The translations under genes and the position numbers were made by a program. Below the pieces are notes generated by a model. The model was given only the letters and a program-made list of their open reading frames with translations, was not told where the DNA came from and ran no database searches. Shown here one piece after another: positions 1-8,373 of a stretch of 21,178 nucleotides of DNA (position 1 is the first letter of the stretch; every line of letters starts with the position of its first letter). The stretch is from Gemmatimonadota bacterium (lineage in GTDB: Bacteria > Gemmatimonadota > Gemmatimonadetes > Longimicrobiales > RSA9): the NCBI GenBank assembly GCA_040905425.1, contig JBBDRO010000058.1, positions 7,693 through 28,870 of the forward strand, read 5' to 3'.

Positions 1-1395
1 GCGCGCGCCCACCTGGGCGCGCACGTCCCCCGACCCGATCTCCTCCACCACGTAGCCGGCCAGCGTGTAGTCGTAGGTGGACGGCGTGCGCAGTGAGCCA
101 CCGGTGCGGATGTCCCGGTACTGGCCCCGGAAGCCCAGCGCGCCCTCGGTGAAGGGACCCCGCACGCCGTGCCGCGTAATGGCCTCGGCGGCGCCCAGGC
201 CCTGCGTGAACGTGGTCCCCACGGAGCCCTGCTCCTCAAACTCCGTGTGGTGGTAGTCCGTGTAGGAGGTGCGCAGCTCCACGCCGTCCACGAGGCCCTC
301 GGTGTGGAGCTCGCCCTCGGCGCGCACGTTGTGGCGGCGCATGGCCACCGTGACGCCGTCCTCGTGCCCGCCCACGAAGCCGCCCGGAATGCCGTACTCG
401 TTGTCGTAGAAACGATAGGCGGCGCCGCCATGGGCATCCTCACCGATGTAGGCCGCGCCCGCCGACAGGTTGACGTTGCGCACGCCCGTGTTCTCCAGGT
501 CGCCGGCCGGCGTGGCCATGTCCCCGCTCGCGCGGTAGGTGGCCTCACCGCGCAGCGCCAGCCGTCCGAAGCCCGTGGTGGCATAGCCGCCGGCCGAGAT
601 GCCCGAGTTCACGCTGGTGCCCTGCACGCTCATGACGCCATGGACGTCCGACGGCAGCACGCTCGGCACCTCATCCCGCACCACGTTCACCACGCCCCCC
701 AGCGCGCTGCTGCCGTAGATCAGGGACATGGGCCCGCGCACCACCTCGAAGCGCTGCGCGGAGAGCGCCTCCACCGCCACCGCGTGATCGGCGGAGGTGG
801 AGGACATGTCACCGGTGCGGGCGCCATCTTCCAGGATGAGGATGCGATCGCCGCCCAGGCCCCGGATGATGGGCCGTCCCGTGTTGGCGCCCATGCCGCT
901 CACCGACACGCCGGGCTCCGACTGCAGCGTGGCCGCCACCGTCAGATCCAGCTTGCGGTCCAGCTCCGCGCCCGACACCACCGTGGTAGGGCTCAGCATG
1001 TCCCGCCCGGCGCGCGCGCCGATCGTACCGGTGACCACCAGCCCGCCCAGATCGAAGACGGTGACGCCGAGCCCGATACGGACGCGTACGGTCTCCCCCG
1101 CCACCACCGTGACGTCCCGCGTGGTGGAGGCAAACCCCAGGCGGTCCACCGAGATCTCGTAGCGGCCCGGCGTGAGGCTCACGAAGTGGAAGCTGCCGTC
1201 CCCGTGCGAGAACTCCGTGCGCCCCCCCTCGCCGAGCTGGACGAGCGCGCCCACCACTGGCGCGCCGCTGACGGAATCCACCACCGTGCCCTGGATGGTG
1301 CCCGTGGTACGCTGGGCGGCAACGGGCGCGCCGAACATCACGAGCAGCACGACAACAACGGGTACCGGCGCGAGCCGGCTGATACGAAGACGCAT
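1..1395 (-). CDS. TonB-dependent receptor, ZnuD-like metal uptake type (5' part; runs off the left edge)
   Basis: Manual translation from ATG 1395 (AGGA upstream): signal peptide MRLRISRLAPVPVVVVLLVMFGAPVAAQ, carboxypeptidase-regulatory-like domain (GTIQGTVVDSVSGAPVVGA...PGRYEISVDRLGF), plug motifs GRPIIRGLGGDRILILEDG...DMSSTSADHAV and FEVVRGPMSLIYGSSALGGVVNVV. Absent from the ORF track because no stop lies in the window. Confidence 0.93.
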   Translation of the reverse strand, partial: MRLRISRLAPVPVVVVLLVMFGAPVAAQRTTGTIQGTVVDSVSGAPVVGALVQLGEGGRTEFSHGDGSFHFVSLTPGRYEISVDRLGFASTTRDVTVVAGETVRVRIGLGVTVFDLGGLVVTGTIGARAGRDMLSPTTVVSGAELDRKLDLTVAATLQSEPGVSVSGMGANTGRPIIRGLGGDRILILEDGARTGDMSSTSADHAVAVEALSAQRFEVVRGPMSLIYGSSALGGVVNVVRDEVPSVLPSDVHGVMSVQGTSVNSGISAGGYATTGFGRLALRGEATYRASGDMATPAGDLENTGVRNVNLSAGAAYIGEDAHGGAAYRFYDNEYGIPGGFVGGHEDGVTVAMRRHNVRAEGELHTEGLVDGVELRTSYTDYHHTEFEEQGSVGTTFTQGLGAAEAITRHGVRGPFTEGALGFRGQYRDIRTGGSLRTPSTYDYTLAGYVVEEIGSGDVRAQVGAR

Positions 1396-1476
1396 AGGAA
1401 TCCTGGCTGACCTGGGCAGTGAGCGGCGCCATCGTAGCGCCGCCGATCCGTTGGTGCGGCGGGGTAGCCGCCGGGG

Positions 1477-1833
1477 TCAGCCGAGGGGCGGCGCGCGCGC
1501 GCCCGGCGCCGCCACGTGGGCGGCGGACGGGGACAGCGCGCTACGGGCGGGGATCTCGAAGACGGCGTGCGGCGCGGCCACGGCCAGGTGCGCGGCCGAC
1601 GCGGCAGCCACGAACGGCTCCCGCGTGGCGTTCAGGACCTGGCAGAAGGCATTGTGGTGGGCGGCATCGCAGTCCGCGTCGCCCGCCCCGCTGACGTGCT
1701 CCACGGCAACGAGCGCGCGCCCCTCCGAACCGGCATCCGCCAGCGGCAGCAGCCCCGCCACCAGGAGGTGGAGGAGCAGGATCGCGGCCGCGGTGGTCCG
1801 CAGGGTCAGGGTTCGAGACTGCGTTCGGATGAT
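1477..1833 (-). CDS. Upstream regulatory ORF with signal peptide, Cys/His cluster and C-terminal RAPP motif (DUF2946/CruR-like); start uncertain
   Basis: The open frame after TGA 1843-1845 reads TPDIIRTQSRTLTLRTTAAAILLLHLLVAGLLPLADA...EH...CDAAHHNAFC...APGARAPPLG*. It ends about 80 nt before the TonB receptor ATG. Confidence 0.75.
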   Translation of the reverse strand: MIRTQSRTLTLRTTAAAILLLHLLVAGLLPLADAGSEGRALVAVEHVSGAGDADCDAAHHNAFCQVLNATREPFVAAASAAHLAVAAPHAVFEIPARSALSPSAAHVAAPGARAPPLG

Positions 1834-1872
1834 GTCCGGGGTTCAGGGCAGACGTGACGCTCCGCCGCCTGT

Positions 1873-1902
1873 ATTTGTATACAACACTCCTCTACCGCGC
1901 AA
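1873..1902 (-). promoter_or_regulatory. Putative sigma70 promoter for the uORF/TonB receptor, overlapped by palindrome TTGTATACAA (1875-1884)
   Basis: Minus strand TTGCGC-17 bp-TACAAA(T); AT-rich island in GC-rich DNA; perfect 10-bp palindrome. Confidence 0.5.
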
Positions 1903-2164
1903 ATCGGTCGATTGTTCCTGGCGTCGAGGGCTACCCGGGGCGTCCCGGTATGACGTTGCAGGAACGGGGCCGCACGAACGACGCCGCGCGCAGGGCTCCC
2001 GCCAGGAGGCCCGACAACGACCACAACGCCACACCTCTGCCTGGCCGACTCGATTCCAGGCCGGTTCGTGTCGTGACGGGGCGACAGACGGTGCGCCTGG
2101 GACTTTCAGGAGGGGGCAAGCTGCGCACGACCCTCGAGGCGACGGCCGGCATTGGTGGTCTCCC

Positions 2165-2755
2165 TCAGGGGAATAGATCGGCCTCCGGCGCGAACAGGCG
2201 CTGGGTGTAGCGGAGGAGACCCACCACGTAGACCACGGTGCCCAGCAGGATGAGCGGCAGGACGACCTGCCCCGGCAGCCGGATGGGCACGGGCGCCCCG
2301 TTGCTCTGCAACACCACGTGCATGGCCAGCAGGAAGACCAGGTTCATGTACGCCAGCGTGAGGTCCATGAGAACGCCTCCGCGGCGGAGCATCTCCTGCC
2401 GGCGCGCGGGCGTCTCCAGCCACCAGGCCTTGTGCGGCACGTTGAGCGCCGAGGGGCCGAGGCGTAGGAGCGCGGGAAGGAGCAGGTTCAGCCCCACCAC
2501 CAGCACCGCCATGAAAACCAGGAAGCCCCCCCGCTCCATCCAGCCGTCGGGTGTGCCGTCCAGCGCGAAGTGCGTGGCCGGGCGCTCCGGCATCGTCAGA
2601 TAGCCCACGATGCCGTAGGCCCCGAGGGCCGCCAGCGACAGCACCGTGACGAGCCGCGCGCGGCGGCGCGCGCGTTCGCCAGGGGTGGGCATCGTCATAT
2701 CCAGCGGGCGGGCATCATCTGGCGGAACGTCATATCCGGCGGGGCTGCGTGACAT
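2165..2755 (-). CDS. DUF1648-domain membrane protein (SdpI-like)
   Basis: Motif MPERPATHFALDGTPDGW after the first TM segment; about four hydrophobic helices. Confidence 0.8.
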   Translation of the reverse strand: MSRSPAGYDVPPDDARPLDMTMPTPGERARRRARLVTVLSLAALGAYGIVGYLTMPERPATHFALDGTPDGWMERGGFLVFMAVLVVGLNLLLPALLRLGPSALNVPHKAWWLETPARRQEMLRRGGVLMDLTLAYMNLVFLLAMHVVLQSNGAPVPIRLPGQVVLPLILLGTVVYVVGLLRYTQRLFAPEADLFP

Positions 2756-2770
2756 CCGGCAGGGGCCCCA

Positions 2771-3121
2771 TCAGACGAAGAGGGCGCGGCCGTCGTGGCT
2801 CAGCAGCACCCAGAAGGTGTAGATGCCCAGGACCGTGCCGAGGGGCGGATTGAAGAGGTTCAGGAAGCCCAGGATGAGGCCGCCCACGCGCGCCCACCCG
2901 GCCCGCTGCAGGAGGCCGATCCCCACGATGAGGTTGGGCAGCGCCAGGGCGGCGGCGATGGTGGCCACGATGCCCAGGATGCCCATGGTGAGGAAGCCGT
3001 CGCCGCCAGCGGCCAGAAAGCTCACGAGCGCGCCGACGCCCAGCACCAGGGCGGCGGCCAGGAGCCCGAGCAGTCCCAAGCCTATGTAGAGCCAGCCGAG
3101 TACGGTGACGTGCGTGCGCAT
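2771..3121 (-). CDS. Small integral membrane protein
   Basis: 116 aa, almost fully hydrophobic (GLLQRAGWAR...FNPPLGTVLGIYTFWVL); TGATG overlap with the upstream regulator. Confidence 0.8.
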   Translation of the reverse strand: MRTHVTVLGWLYIGLGLLGLLAAALVLGVGALVSFLAAGGDGFLTMGILGIVATIAAALALPNLIVGIGLLQRAGWARVGGLILGFLNLFNPPLGTVLGIYTFWVLLSHDGRALFV

Positions 3122-3510
3122 CAGGATTCACCGCTTCCGGCGCTCTCCCCCACGGCGTGGATGAGCGCTTCCATGTGGTCCAGGTAGGCGCGGAGCGCCT
3201 CACGCCCCGCGGGCTCCAGCGTGTACTCGGTGCGCGGCACACGGTCCTCGAAGCGTTTGGTGCAGGCCACGTAGCCTCCCTCCTCGAGTTTGCGCGCATG
3301 GGCGCTCAGGTTGCCGTCGGTGATGTCCAGCAGCTCCTTCAATTCGTTGAAGGTGAGCCGTTCGCTCACCGCCAGGGCGCTCACGATGCCCAGCCGCACC
3401 CGTTCGTGGATGAGCCGGTCGGTGGCCACGCCGCCCAGCGCCCGCCGCACCTGGCGGGTCAGCGGAGGCACGGGCGCCTCGCCTTCCTGCTGCCTGCGCG
3501 CTTCACCCAC
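3121..3510 (-). CDS. Winged-helix transcriptional regulator (ArsR/MarR-like, HTH_34 type)
   Basis: DRLIHERVRLGIVSAL...LTFNELKELLDITDGNLSAHARKLEEGGYV...PRTEYTLEPAGREAL; GGAGG before GTG. Confidence 0.9.
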   Translation of the reverse strand: MGEARRQQEGEAPVPPLTRQVRRALGGVATDRLIHERVRLGIVSALAVSERLTFNELKELLDITDGNLSAHARKLEEGGYVACTKRFEDRVPRTEYTLEPAGREALRAYLDHMEALIHAVGESAGSGES

Positions 3511-4102
3511 CGTGCCTCCTCATCAGAAGTGCCCCGAAGCCCACGTGCAGGCCGCCGAAGCCCACCGCCAGGAGCGGATCGCCCCACGCGGGAAGGAATG
3601 CGGCCAGCCCGCCCAGGCCCATGAAGGCCATGCCCATGAACTGCACCGGGCGCACCGAGTGCGCACCGGCATTGGCCACCGCCGCACCGTAGAGCAGGAG
3701 CCAGACGGCCGGCACCAGCGCCGGCGCCCCCGCCGCCAGCAGCGCCGCGCTCAGCACCCCGCCCGCCACCATGGGCGGCGCGAACGCCAGCAGGAACCGG
3801 CGCGCCGGCGGCGAGCCCAGCGGCGTGCCCACGCGCCGGCCCTTGCGAGCGCTGGTGGCCACCGAGATGGCGGCCGCCAGCAACAGCTCACCCGCCCAGA
3901 CCGCGCTCCAGTCCGCCACCGTGGCCTGGGCGGCGGCCAGCGCCGCCGCGGCGGCGGCAGTGAGCCCGGCAGCCACGAACCCGGCGCCGGACACGCCCGT
4001 GAAGGAACCGGTGCGCTCCATGGCGGAGCGGATGTAGTCCAGATTGGCGGCGGCACGGTCGTGCAGTGCCGGCGTGCGTGATGAACTCTCCATGTGTCTC
4101 AT
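3503..4102 (-). CDS. Multi-pass membrane protein, first gene of the regulator operon
   Basis: AAANLDYIRSAMERTGSFT followed by about six TM segments, ending GFGGLHVGFG; ATG at 4102 or 4093. Confidence 0.8.
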   Translation of the reverse strand: MRHMESSSRTPALHDRAAANLDYIRSAMERTGSFTGVSGAGFVAAGLTAAAAAALAAAQATVADWSAVWAGELLLAAAISVATSARKGRRVGTPLGSPPARRFLLAFAPPMVAGGVLSAALLAAGAPALVPAVWLLLYGAAVANAGAHSVRPVQFMGMAFMGLGGLAAFLPAWGDPLLAVGFGGLHVGFGALLMRRHGG

Positions 4103-4206
4103 GATCGCTCGGCCCGGGCGCTGGGGCAAGCACTCTGCAAGGCAAAGGCGGTTGGGATCGTTGGCGGACGCGTGGAGGTAGCGGGGAGCCTACCGCTTAC
4201 AGGTAG

Positions 4207-4638
4207 CTAATGCTCTTCCGCCCCCTCGTGCTCCACCAGGATGCCGGCCACGATACGCACGAAGGCATCGACCGGCTCGAGCCCGCGGAGCGCCGTGACG
4301 GCGCGCTCCAGGTCGAGGCTCACGTATTCGTGAACGATGATGTTGCGGAAACCGGGCAGCAGGGCCAGCTCATCGATGAGTTCGGGCGAGAATTCGCTAT
4401 ACGCCTCCAGGGCGCGCACGGCCTCCGTATAATCCTCGAATCGCCGTCCTTTGCGCCCGGCCAGTTCACCGGCAATGTCGATGACCAGTTGCGCAACGGT
4501 GAGGAGCGAGAAGAGCACGTCATTGTGCAGGGAAAGGTTGTTCCGTAACGCCGCTGCGTCGGGGACGCGCTCGCGCAGGGCGTGCAAGTGCAGCAGGTGA
4601 CGCCGGAGCTCTGCCAGCCGTTCTACCAGGTAGGTCAC
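4207..4638 (-). CDS. hepT: HepT-like HEPN RNase toxin (DUF86)
   Basis: RX4HXY motif (FRNIIVHEY); 4-bp overlap with the nucleotidyltransferase gene. Confidence 0.9.
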   Translation of the reverse strand: MTYLVERLAELRRHLLHLHALRERVPDAAALRNNLSLHNDVLFSLLTVAQLVIDIAGELAGRKGRRFEDYTEAVRALEAYSEFSPELIDELALLPGFRNIIVHEYVSLDLERAVTALRGLEPVDAFVRIVAGILVEHEGAEEH

Positions 4639-5060
4639 CGCCGGAGCGCGTCCAGCTTGGTACGCCGTACACGGCGCAGGAAGATGTCCAGGTCCGCGGC
4701 GCGAAGCTGGATGTCCCGGACGTACGCGTGGTCCGCCGCCGCATCTGCGCAGTGGACACGTTGACCGCGCACCACCACGGCTCGGCCCAGTTCCGGCGGG
4801 GCATCGTTGAGGATCACCACGTCCACGTCATTCCGGTCGAGCACATCTACCAGCTCAGCGCCAAGGCGCACCCGCACGTCGAACCGGTCCGCCGCGAGCG
4901 GGTAGCGCCCGCGATCCAGTAGCACGCCCACATCCACGTCGCTCTCCCGGTGGCTGCGCCCCTCGGCATGGCTACCGAAGAGGTAAGCGGAGAGCACTCC
5001 GGGCGGCGCGGCGGCCGCGAAATAGGCGTGCAGTCGAGGGCTGAGTGGCGTGGCGTCCAT
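4635..5060 (-). CDS. mntA: MntA-like minimal nucleotidyltransferase antitoxin (type VII TA)
   Basis: YLFGSHAEGRSHRESDVDVGV (GSX10DXD), plus VDVVILNDAPP. Confidence 0.9.
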   Translation of the reverse strand: MDATPLSPRLHAYFAAAAPPGVLSAYLFGSHAEGRSHRESDVDVGVLLDRGRYPLAADRFDVRVRLGAELVDVLDRNDVDVVILNDAPPELGRAVVVRGQRVHCADAAADHAYVRDIQLRAADLDIFLRRVRRTKLDALRR

Positions 5061-5066
5061 GACCGG

Positions 5067-5095
5067 AAGTTACGCCCGGCCGGGGCTGAATCCAA
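5067..5095 (-). promoter_or_regulatory. Putative leaderless promoter of mntA-hepT
   Basis: Minus strand TTGGAT-17 bp-TAACTT, 6 nt before ATG 5060; no SD sequence. Confidence 0.5.
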
Positions 5096-5113
5096 GCACG
5101 GTCAGCCCCGGCC
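5078..5113. repeat. Perfect 12-bp inverted repeat overlapping the mntA promoter
   Basis: GGCCGGGGCTGA (5078-5089), 12-nt spacer, TCAGCCCCGGCC (5102-5113). Confidence 0.85.
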
Positions 5114-5273
5114 ACGCTGGCGGGGCCGCTGCCTCGGCCGCGCTCAGCGCTCTACGAGATCGCGCCGCCCCGTCAACTCCGCCACCAGATTGCGCAGCGC
5201 CCCGTGCCAGACGAGCGGCTGACCATCACCCCGGCTCGCGATCCGCCACCGGGGGTGCCCCTGCGGCTTCCGG

Positions 5274-5302
5274 TTGACCCGGCTACGCCAATGGCTTACA
5301 AT
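5274..5302 (+). promoter_or_regulatory. Sigma70 promoter for a leaderless brnT transcript
   Basis: TTGACC-17 bp-TACAAT, 7 nt before ATG 5310. Confidence 0.75.
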
Positions 5303-5309
5303 AACGCCT

Positions 5310-5600
5310 ATGGAATTCACCTGGGAAGAAGGCAAGAACCGGGCGAATCGACGTAAGCACGGTATCTCGTTCGAGGAGGCGCGGGAACTGTTCGCCTCGG
5401 GGGCGGACTACCTCGAGCTCTACGACATGGCCCACTCCGACCTGGAAGAGCGCTTCATTGCTATAGGACCGGTTCGCCGCGGGTTGATTCTCGTCGTATG
5501 GACCGAGCGCGAAGAGGCTACGATCCGGATTATAAGCGCTCGCTATGCCACCCCACGCGAGCAAACCATTTACCACTCGTACATGGATAAACGCCCATGA
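5310..5600 (+). CDS. brnT: BrnT family toxin (DUF497)
   Basis: MEFTWEEGKNRANRRKHGISFEEA...EERFIAIG...IRIISARYATPRE. Confidence 0.92.
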   Translation: MEFTWEEGKNRANRRKHGISFEEARELFASGADYLELYDMAHSDLEERFIAIGPVRRGLILVVWTEREEATIRIISARYATPREQTIYHSYMDKRP

Positions 5601-5896
5601 CCGAAATCCCCGAAATTCCTGAACTAACGGAAGAGGATCTCGCCCGAGCGATTCCCGCGCGGATCCGCAAGCGGTTGCTCCGCGGAGAAGTCGAATCAGG
5701 CGCTGACATCGTGGCCCTACGACGATTTGTCGGGCTCACACAGGTTGACTTCGCCAAAGCGATCGGGATCAGCGTCCATACCCTCCGCAATTGGGAGCAG
5801 GGTCGGCGGTCGCCCGATGGCCCGGGCCTCGCCCTGCTACGCATTGCCGCTCGGCACCCGCGCATCATCCGCGAGAACCTCGAATCCGCCGCCTGA
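5597..5896 (+). CDS. Antitoxin with XRE/HTH_3 domain
   Basis: ALRRFVGLTQVDFAKAIGISVHTLRNWEQGRRSPDGP; acidic N-terminus; ATGA overlap with the toxin. Confidence 0.88.
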   Translation: MTEIPEIPELTEEDLARAIPARIRKRLLRGEVESGADIVALRRFVGLTQVDFAKAIGISVHTLRNWEQGRRSPDGPGLALLRIAARHPRIIRENLESAA

Positions 5897-5910
5897 ATCC
5901 GCCCAGGGCG

Positions 5911-5962
5911 CTGGCGGTGCCATGGAACACACTCCGAATGGTACCACGGCGGCTGCGCCAGA
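5911..5962. repeat. Relic (copy 0) of the repeated ECF-sigma start region
   Basis: CTGGCGGTGCCATGGAACACACTCC matches 10382-10403, 13379-13402 and 17934-17958; the downstream GCGCCAGA is also shared. Confidence 0.7.
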
Positions 5963-6014
5963 CGAAAGCCGGAGATGAGAGGGCGCGCGGGGGCGGCGTC
6001 CACGAGGAAGCCGG

Positions 6015-7289
6015 TCACCCTGGCTCGGCGATTCGCCACCGGACCAGGTAGACGACGTCCACCTCGTCGCGCACGGTGCCGTAGACGAACGGGTGGTCGT
6101 AGGCGTACATGCGAATCCCGGGCGCGGCTGTGAAGCGGCCCACGAGACCGCCGCCGGAGTCGAACACGTCCCAGTCGGAAGCGTCCCCGCTCTCGAAGGG
6201 GTCAGGGTCCATGTCGGCCCGGTGGACGAGAAGCCGCCCCCCCTGATCGGCGATCAGGTACCCGATGATGGGCCGGAAATCCACGTGGCCGAGGCCCCGG
6301 ATGTCGTTCCGCCACATGTCGTACGCCAATTTCGACTCGCCCTGGAGCGCGCCCCGGGCCTCGAATTCCTCCACGTTACGACGGATTTCGGCCTCCATGT
6401 CCTCGTCGGTCACGGGGATCCGCTCGATCCGGCGCGTTACGCCCGGGCCACGGCTTCCGTCGGGGTGCCACTCTTCGACTTCGTAATCCCCCGAGTGGCT
6501 GATGAAGACGCTGCCGTCCGTAGAGATTGCGGTCTCGACTGGGGGCGAAAGCATGGCCATGCGCAGGAAGCCGATCTCGCCGACGAGGAATTCGTCCGGG
6601 TGGACGGCCGTGGCGAAGGGCGGGCCGAAGGAGCCGGTGGCGGGGTCGAAGACGCGGGCGTGGGTGGTCTGGTTGAAGGGGCCGCGTACCACGCCCGCAC
6701 CCCGCGGCCCGTTCCCGTAGACGGGACGGACCCGCTCCGTGACGAGCCAGCCCCTTTCGGTCCAGGCGGCCGACCCGATCGGGATCCGACGCTCGTCGGC
6801 CGGGCCCTCGTAGGCACGCGCGTCGATGAACTGGCCTTCGATGTCGAAGACGTGGTAGAGCCGCCCGTCAAAGACGATCACGGAGTCCGGACCGACCGCG
6901 ATGGCCGAGACTATCTGGAACGCCCCGGGACCCTCCCCGCGCCCGCCATACGTGTATCGGTGCGTGCCGTCGGCTGCGAAGACGCGGATCGACCGGTCCC
7001 TCGAATCGAAGACGTGGACGTCGTCACTTGGCGCGACCGCGACCGCGACCAGGCCGATCGAGGTGAACGTCTCCTCCTCCGGTCCGTCCAGCGACCCGAT
7101 CCGCAGGTCCTCCTCGAGCTCGAGGCGGGGCACGTTCGCGTCGGATACGGCAGACGCCATGGAGCCGTCGCTCACCGTCGAGTCGCCGCCCTCGGGACCG
7201 CAGGCGAGCAGGACGAAGGCGGTAGCTACGAGCGCACGAGCGGCAACGCTACGGCGGGAGGTGTCGGGATGCCGCGATGCTCTGATCAT
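6015..7289 (-). CDS. 6-bladed beta-propeller lipoprotein (A)
   Basis: Lipobox LLAC; LEEDLRIGSLDG, GGRGEGPGAF; C-terminal GTVRDEVDVVYLVRWRI typical of this family. Confidence 0.85.
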   Translation of the reverse strand: MIRASRHPDTSRRSVAARALVATAFVLLACGPEGGDSTVSDGSMASAVSDANVPRLELEEDLRIGSLDGPEEETFTSIGLVAVAVAPSDDVHVFDSRDRSIRVFAADGTHRYTYGGRGEGPGAFQIVSAIAVGPDSVIVFDGRLYHVFDIEGQFIDARAYEGPADERRIPIGSAAWTERGWLVTERVRPVYGNGPRGAGVVRGPFNQTTHARVFDPATGSFGPPFATAVHPDEFLVGEIGFLRMAMLSPPVETAISTDGSVFISHSGDYEVEEWHPDGSRGPGVTRRIERIPVTDEDMEAEIRRNVEEFEARGALQGESKLAYDMWRNDIRGLGHVDFRPIIGYLIADQGGRLLVHRADMDPDPFESGDASDWDVFDSGGGLVGRFTAAPGIRMYAYDHPFVYGTVRDEVDVVYLVRWRIAEPG

Positions 7290-8373
7290 GGTGGCGATAT
7301 GCTACGTTCAGGGATGCGGAGTGAATCTGTAGCGCTGTACAACATGCACATCGAGATCCCCGCGCTTCATGCCCAGGATGTAGTCCTCACCGATCTCAAA
7401 GATTCGCTCCAGAGCGGGCAACTCGACCCGCGCAATCGCACCCTCCGCATCGTGCACGATGGCAAACTGTGTCGAGTCCTCGGTCCCAACCGCCCAGATT
7501 CGCCCTGCCGCATCCACGTGCAGACTTTCGAACGCCGGAGTGAACTCCGGCCGGCCCCATGCGGTCAGATCGCGTTCAACCGCCTCCGGTCGGCGGGAGC
7601 GCTGAACCATGGAACCGCGTATCTCAGCCCACATCTCATCGGTGACGGGACGCCGGGAATCGAATAGCTCGAACTCCCTTTCCACGTGATCCGCGTCGTC
7701 GTAAATCCGTACTAACGGGCTGTTGGTGTTTTCGGCCACCACGATCCGCAACGGAGATCCCCCGGCAGCAACCGCGGGCCTGGCGTTGAAAGGCATGTTC
7801 TGAAAGGAACTGCTACCGGCCAGGATCTCGTCAAATGGGAAGTCGCCGAACTCCTGCTGGGTGCTATCGGCGTATCGCACGAGCACGGCATGCGGTCGAT
7901 ACCGCCCCGAGGACGGCGGTGGCGCCGATGGTCCATACCTCGGCACGACAATGGATCCGTCCGGCAACAGATCACCTTCGTGCCTGACCCTGTGCGCGTT
8001 GGAGGGACGCTCGCCGAGGAAGTCTCCCGCGGTTGACCAGAAGCTCAGTACGTCACGGACGTAATCCCAGGCCACCACACTGTCCCCGGGCACAAGCTCC
8101 AGCGCCCAAGGTGCGCGAAATTCCCCCGGTCCCTCGCCACGGCGGCCTTGAACAGTCCGCACCGATCCATCCGGATCAAAGAAGCGGATCTCGAATTCGC
8201 GCGAGTCCAGCACGGCGATCCCACCATCGGGAAGGACGAGCGCATCCTGTGCAGATCCAAAGCGCTCCGCAGGCGGGGCGTCAACACCACCGAGGCTTAG
8301 CTCCGGGGTTTCGGCAACGGTCCACACAGGCAGCTCGGGCACCGGTGAAGCATCCTGGCAGGCAAGCATCATG

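Noticed and set aside
169..1410. 413-aa plus-strand ORF
   Set aside because: Antisense shadow of the TonB receptor; Arg/His/Ala-rich with no motifs, typical of high-GC DNA.
1905..2164. Possible riboswitch (for example cobalamin) or 73-aa ORF upstream of the TonB locus
   Set aside because: No recognisable B12-box or other riboswitch core; the ORF has no family features.
5144..5270. Minus-strand peptide ALRNLVAELTGRR resembling sigma ALQRLLAEIVDD
   Set aside because: Similarity is too weak at nucleotide level to call it a sigma remnant without an alignment statistic.
5916..5929. GGTGCCATGGAACA as a parS site or a TGTTC-N4-GAACA LexA box
   Set aside because: It lacks the central CG of parS, only one half-site matches the LexA motif, and the other copies match less well.
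6093..7667. 524-aa plus-strand ORF
   Set aside because: Antisense to propellers A and B, which have clear family motifs.
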